From positions 1,120,001-1,184,000 of the forward strand of contig CAWIKF010000002.1 of NCBI GenBank assembly GCA_963836755.1: DNA of 64,000 nt. The letters are read 5' to 3'. Below, piece by piece: positions 59,550 through 64,000 of this stretch. The DNA comes from an uncultured Verrucomicrobiae bacterium (GTDB taxonomy: Bacteria; Verrucomicrobiota; Verrucomicrobiia; Chthoniobacterales; Chthoniobacteraceae). Numbering within the stretch: the first letter of the stretch is position 1; each line of letters starts with the position of its first letter. Both the position numbers and the translations under genes were made by a program. The notes under the pieces were generated by a model. It searched no databases. It had not been told where the DNA came from and saw only the letters and a list, made by a program, of their open reading frames with translations.

Positions 59550-59990
59550 ATGCTTTTACGCCTGTGCCTCATTTTTTTTGTAACGCTGGCGCTCGCCTCG
59601 TGCAGCAATCCTGAACACAAAAAAAAGCCGAAAAAGCCGCCGGAGCCGTCGATGAAAGATGCCAGTAGCGACGTCTCGTTTCAGTCTTTTCTAGGACAAC
59701 TGCGCGTAGCTGTGGCCAATCACGATGTGCGAATGATCGCCTCGATGATGACTTCGAATTTCGGTTACCGACTCGATCCGCCCGGCGAAGGCGAAGGTGT
59801 GTTTCAATATTGGGACGACAAAGGAGTTTGGCCCGAGTTAAAGCTCGTGCTGCGCGATAGTTTTGTGCCGAAAGGGAATTACATGGTTTCGCCGAAACAG
59901 TTCGCCACCGATCCGAATTATCATGGCTATCGCGCGGGCATAGCTTTGGTTGGGGGGAGTTGGAAGTTTGCTTACTTTGTCACCGACTAG
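59550..59990 (+). CDS. Hypothetical lipoprotein
   Basis: LASC lipobox, K/P-rich linker, globular domain ending WKFAYFV. Confidence 0.75.
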   Translation: MLLRLCLIFFVTLALASCSNPEHKKKPKKPPEPSMKDASSDVSFQSFLGQLRVAVANHDVRMIASMMTSNFGYRLDPPGEGEGVFQYWDDKGVWPELKLVLRDSFVPKGNYMVSPKQFATDPNYHGYRAGIALVGGSWKFAYFVTD

Positions 59991-60407
59991 ATGGGATCGC
60001 TGGATCCGATCGCCTACGGCTTACCGCACCGCGCGCCGTTCATTTTTGTCGATGAGGTTCGCGAAATTCAACCCGGTGTCGCCGCGACCTGCGTCAAATT
60101 TTTCTCTGCCGACGAGCCTTTTTTTGCAGGTCACTTCCCGGGCCAGCCGCTTGTTCCCGGCGTGATCCTGGCCGAAGCAATGGCGCAAACGGCGGGAATT
60201 GCCGCAGGTCAGAAAGGCCGGTCGTTCCGGCTTTCCGCGATCAAGCAGATGAAATTTCTGCATCCAGTCCTTCCCGAGAGCAGCGTCATTTTTACAGCGG
60301 AAAAAATGGCCGAGTCGGGAACGCTGCAACAATTTCGCGCGAGCGCTTCCGTGGAAGAGCGATTGGTCGCGGAAGGTGTGCTCGTCCTAGCTGAAGCTAG
60401 TCTTTGA
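59991..60407 (+). CDS. FabZ-like 3-hydroxyacyl-ACP dehydratase
   Basis: LPHRAPFIFVD, GHFPGQPLVPGVILAEAMAQ. Confidence 0.87.
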   Translation: MGSLDPIAYGLPHRAPFIFVDEVREIQPGVAATCVKFFSADEPFFAGHFPGQPLVPGVILAEAMAQTAGIAAGQKGRSFRLSAIKQMKFLHPVLPESSVIFTAEKMAESGTLQQFRASASVEERLVAEGVLVLAEASL

Positions 60408-62130
60408 GCTGGTCGATGCCGGAGAAGTCGTAGATTTTTCCCCAAGAGCCGCTGGCAAAGATCGGGCACTCCTTTTGCCAAGGCTGCAAGGAATCGGGAT
60501 AATGTTCCTGCTCTCGCGAACCCCAAAAGAGATAGCGGACGTGCAACGCGCGCACCGTTGCGCGCCATGAAGTTTCACCGTCCATTAACGCCTCGAGCTC
60601 CGCAAGGCGCGGCTTGTAGTCGATGCCATGGCTGAACAAGTGGCCGTCATAGCCTTCCACCAATTTGTGGCCGCATAAAAGCAATGGATGATTGTAGGTG
60701 GGATAAGCCGCCAAGGTTTCGTCAACGTTGATTCGCTGGGTTGCGTGAATGACTCCATCCAATTCGGATCGAGTCGCCAGCACATAATCGGAGTGCGGCC
60801 GACCCATCCCGGCACATAGGGAAATAAATCCGGAGAAAAATAGAAGAAAGCAAGACAAGGCTTTGCAAGCCAACGGCAGCTTTCCAATGACGATCTCCCA
60901 AAGAAATGGGAGAAGGATAAGGTAGCACCAAATCATCACCTTGGTGTTGTCCCAATCCCAAGGCGCGAGCATCACAAAACAGGAACAAAGGAATATAGCT
61001 ACGCTTGGAATAACGAACGCCGCCGCCGCGCGAGCTTCGCAAGAAACTTGGCATTTTTTTACGATGAGGTAGACCAAAACACCTACCAGAAGCGGAAGCA
61101 CGCCAAAGTTCATGAACCAGAATGGGAGGAATGCTTCCTTTCCTTGCATCCAGCCCGCAGTGAGATGAATGACTCGACTCATACTCGTTGAGTCAGGTCG
61201 AAATAAACCTGTCACAAGACTTACAAAAAATGTAGCCGGGACAAGTGCGCTAGCTAGTAGCATTGCAGCCCCTTTTCGGCTCATTCCCGCATCTGTTACA
61301 GCCCAGACTGCCAGCAAGATACCGAGAACTAAAAACGTGTGCACGTGGAAGAGCGGAAGCGTCGAAAAAACCAGCAGCTCTATTGTAAAAGGCAGCTTGT
61401 AGTTTTGCCCGCCGGGCTTGAACCATTTCTCGCGCCAGCTGGCGAGCAGCACAAGACCCGCAGGGAGCGCGTAAAGCAAACCCCGCTGTGTCACGAACAT
61501 AGATAGCGGAATACTTTTCCAAGCCATGGCATCATCGTAGTCGGCGATGCGGAAGCGCTTGAAAAATAACCAGCCGGCAAGGCCGCCGTTGAACAAAAAT
61601 CCGGCGATCGCAAAAGACTTTCCCCAACGCCAAAGAGCCATTCCGGTGAGAAGGCCGCACACGAGGCCAGCCCAAATCAAACTGCGGTCCACACTCATGC
61701 CCATGAGGACTAACAGCGCGTTGAACAAATCCATTCCCAGCGGATAATGAAGCGGAATGCCGGCAAATATCGGATTATCAGGCCAAAACTTCGCGCCCTT
61801 CGCGAGATAGTTGATGTAGGTGATATGTAGCGATAAGTCTCCGAGGTTGTTGGAAGTAAGAAAGCGGATCTCATCGTCGCTGAAGTAGATGAGCCAGCAA
61901 AACGCTTTCAAGGTGAACAAACAAAAGACGGCGAGAACGAAGGTGTCCCAGAGCGTCAGTTTCAATTGCAAAATCTTCGGTCGCCGGACGCTTCCCATTC
62001 CGGCAAGCGCGCCAACGAGCAGCGCTGCCGCCGCGTTCGCGTGCGTCAACCGGCCTTCAATGATGGCAAGCAGCACGGAGCAAACCGTCGAGCTACAAAT
62101 CGCCACGAGTAGGGGAACCAGCATCGGCAA
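60397..62130 (-). CDS. Polytopic membrane protein, probable GT-C fold
   Basis: Many TM helices; NLGDLSLH, WPDNP..AG.PLHYP loop; soluble C-terminus. Confidence 0.7.
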   Translation of the reverse strand: MPMLVPLLVAICSSTVCSVLLAIIEGRLTHANAAAALLVGALAGMGSVRRPKILQLKLTLWDTFVLAVFCLFTLKAFCWLIYFSDDEIRFLTSNNLGDLSLHITYINYLAKGAKFWPDNPIFAGIPLHYPLGMDLFNALLVLMGMSVDRSLIWAGLVCGLLTGMALWRWGKSFAIAGFLFNGGLAGWLFFKRFRIADYDDAMAWKSIPLSMFVTQRGLLYALPAGLVLLASWREKWFKPGGQNYKLPFTIELLVFSTLPLFHVHTFLVLGILLAVWAVTDAGMSRKGAAMLLASALVPATFFVSLVTGLFRPDSTSMSRVIHLTAGWMQGKEAFLPFWFMNFGVLPLLVGVLVYLIVKKCQVSCEARAAAAFVIPSVAIFLCSCFVMLAPWDWDNTKVMIWCYLILLPFLWEIVIGKLPLACKALSCFLLFFSGFISLCAGMGRPHSDYVLATRSELDGVIHATQRINVDETLAAYPTYNHPLLLCGHKLVEGYDGHLFSHGIDYKPRLAELEALMDGETSWRATVRALHVRYLFWGSREQEHYPDSLQPWQKECPIFASGSWGKIYDFSGIDQLKD

Positions 62131-62133
62131 ACC

Positions 62134-63645
62134 CTAGAACAAAGCTACGTCAGGCGTAAATCCTGGCTTGCGCGTGGGAAAAAGACTGCCGAAACGCTTT
62201 ACGTTGAAGTATAACTTCGAACGCTCCTGTGAGGAGCGCAGCCTGATTGTTTCGGTGAAGTAAGTGTCGTGAAGAGACTTCTCGACTTCTTCGACGCGAG
62301 AGTCCTCCACGATCAGGCAGTCAGCATCGAAGTGATCAGGCTTGCGGTCGTCGTCATAGTATCCAACGTGCGTAAAATCTCCCAGCAGCCACGGTAGCGG
62401 GTGGTAGCTGGAGAGAATGATGTGGATATCCATGTGGTAGTTCTCCGGGTTCCGTGTGGCGAGTTGGTTCAACGGATTCACCATCTTGTAAACATCCTTT
62501 AGCGTTTGAACATAGACATACGGTTCGCGGTCGTCTGTGTAGCGAAAAAAGTTGAGCCTGATCGTCCAGACAAGACTTCCGCAAAGAAGTATTGAGACTA
62601 GTGCGATGGTGGCACGCGGAAGTCGCCTCAAAAGTTTGTCCGCGAGATGGGCGAACACAAAGAAGAACGGCCACAGCAACGAAATGATACACCACGGCGT
62701 TTTATACGGAATGATGCTGTAAGCGGTCAATGCTCCGCAGCCGTAGATCGCGATGAAGCGAAACAACCGGTCAGTGCGTGGCAGGATGAAGTAAAAGCTC
62801 CCGATTACGGCAGCGACCGTAGTCCATTCATAACGCACGATCAGCGGGTAAAACCAGTAGTAGAGAGCTTTCTCGTGGCCGTTTCCTTTTTCGCCAGTAT
62901 GAAACCACTCGACGTAGGTTTGGAAGAGTCCGCGCAATGACTTGAAATCCAAAAAAGCTCCCGAATAGAAGAATAGAATGAGCACGAGTAACGTAATGAA
63001 ACTCAGGCATAGGTCGCGGCCTGACCATCGTTGCGGCACGGCCGGTGCTGCGTTTTCGGAAGGTGAAACTTTTTCCAGCAGGCATAGGCAGATCGCGGCA
63101 AGGATGAACGACGCAAGGTGGATGATGTAGGTCTCCTTTGTGAGAATCATTCCGGCAATTCCCAACATCAGGCACCAGAGGTAAGCTTTGGTCCCAAGTC
63201 GCCACATTCCGACAACTCCGAACAAAGTAAGGATCAGAAAAAATACCAACCAGGATTCGTGAATGGCGTAGCGTCCGTAGAAGACTGCGCCGGGCGACAC
63301 GGCCATCGCGAGTGCAGCCAACTCACTCGCGCGGCGTCCTGTAAAAGGCTCGAAAAGAAGCAAGAGATAAACCGTTGCGAAACTTACCATCGCAAGCGGC
63401 AGTCTTAGTGCCCATAGGTTTCGCCCCAGCAGTGTCTGTGAAATGAAAAGAACGTAGAAGTGAAGCGGTCCGTGGTAGTTGGTTGGATCGTAATGGTAGT
63501 AGCCAGTCCTTGTCATCTGATCGACGAACCAGCCGTTGACACCTTCATCGAAGTGCGGTGGCTTGATCGCGAGAAGGAGCACGCGCAAAATCAGCGCGAG
63601 GCTGAGGATCGCGAGCGTAGTCCAACGGATTTTTGGAATGGACAT
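62134..63645 (-). CDS. PMT-like / TIGR03663 (Agl23-like) membrane glycosyltransferase
   Basis: PPHFDEGVN, YHYDPTNYHGP, YGRYAIHE, YKTPW, YVYVQT; ATG at 63645. Confidence 0.78.
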   Translation of the reverse strand: MSIPKIRWTTLAILSLALILRVLLLAIKPPHFDEGVNGWFVDQMTRTGYYHYDPTNYHGPLHFYVLFISQTLLGRNLWALRLPLAMVSFATVYLLLLFEPFTGRRASELAALAMAVSPGAVFYGRYAIHESWLVFFLILTLFGVVGMWRLGTKAYLWCLMLGIAGMILTKETYIIHLASFILAAICLCLLEKVSPSENAAPAVPQRWSGRDLCLSFITLLVLILFFYSGAFLDFKSLRGLFQTYVEWFHTGEKGNGHEKALYYWFYPLIVRYEWTTVAAVIGSFYFILPRTDRLFRFIAIYGCGALTAYSIIPYKTPWCIISLLWPFFFVFAHLADKLLRRLPRATIALVSILLCGSLVWTIRLNFFRYTDDREPYVYVQTLKDVYKMVNPLNQLATRNPENYHMDIHIILSSYHPLPWLLGDFTHVGYYDDDRKPDHFDADCLIVEDSRVEEVEKSLHDTYFTETIRLRSSQERSKLYFNVKRFGSLFPTRKPGFTPDVALF

Positions 63646-63673
63646 GCGCGAATTCTTAAAGCATCCCGCCAGC

Positions 63674-64000
63674 ATGTCCGCCGCCAGTCCGCCCCGCCTC
63701 TCGATCGTGGTGCCCGCTTTCAATGAGGCGAAAAGACTGCCGCAAAGCCTCGCGCGGATGATTGACTTTTTCTCGGGCTTTGCTTTTTCGCATGAGGTTC
63801 TGGTTGTGGTCGAGCATGGCCGCGATGGGACGCTGGAATTAGCTGCGGAGTTGTTGGCGAAACAAGAGAATTTTCGCGTAATTGACAACCGAGTGCAGCG
63901 CGGAAAAGGCTTTGCGGTCCGCTCCGGAATGCTGCAGGCGCGCGGCGACTTTGTGTTTTATATGGATGCGGATTTGAGCGTGCCGCTCGAGGAAGTCGAA
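63674..64000 (+). CDS. GT2 polyprenol-phosphate glycosyltransferase (5' part, runs off the window)
   Basis: MSAASPPRLSIVVPAFNE...RGKGFAVRSGM..ARGD...MDADLS; absent from the ORF track because no stop falls in the window. Confidence 0.88.
   Translation, partial: MSAASPPRLSIVVPAFNEAKRLPQSLARMIDFFSGFAFSHEVLVVVEHGRDGTLELAAELLAKQENFRVIDNRVQRGKGFAVRSGMLQARGDFVFYMDADLSVPLEEVE

Overview
GC-rich bacterial chromosome segment. The gene families (PVC-type heme dehydrogenase, long Gre factor, futalosine genes, RpiB-GlyA fusion) suggest Verrucomicrobiota, probably Chthoniobacterales/Spartobacteria; this is inference, not a database result. The backbone is housekeeping and envelope genes: nadA, fabD, uvrC, exbB/exbD-like + TPR, comEC, trmB, a Bat/VWA operon lacking moxR, aas-like, lysA, aspS, holA, mqnE/mqnA, an LMW-phosphatase-RpiB-GlyA triple fusion, eno, long greA-like, gmhA, tRNA-Leu(GAG) and GT-C/GT2 glycosylation genes. 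Two accessory blocks interrupt it. The first (~21.2-30.5 kb) holds a secreted two-DTG pepsin-like protease, a 15-unit strictly phased degenerate 21-bp array in front of an uncharacterised all-helical protein gene, an orphan GH27 C-terminal fragment, GH130, a frameshifted GH2 and a GH95-like gene. The second (~37-42.5 kb) holds ThuA, a heme-c dehydrogenase-like gene, an MFS transporter and azurin. The best leads are the 21-bp array plus its downstream gene, and a promoter/terminator-bounded ~70-nt sRNA candidate between holA and aspS. No CRISPR array, integrase or transposase was seen. All product calls come from motif recognition by eye, and several start codons were moved from the ORF track.
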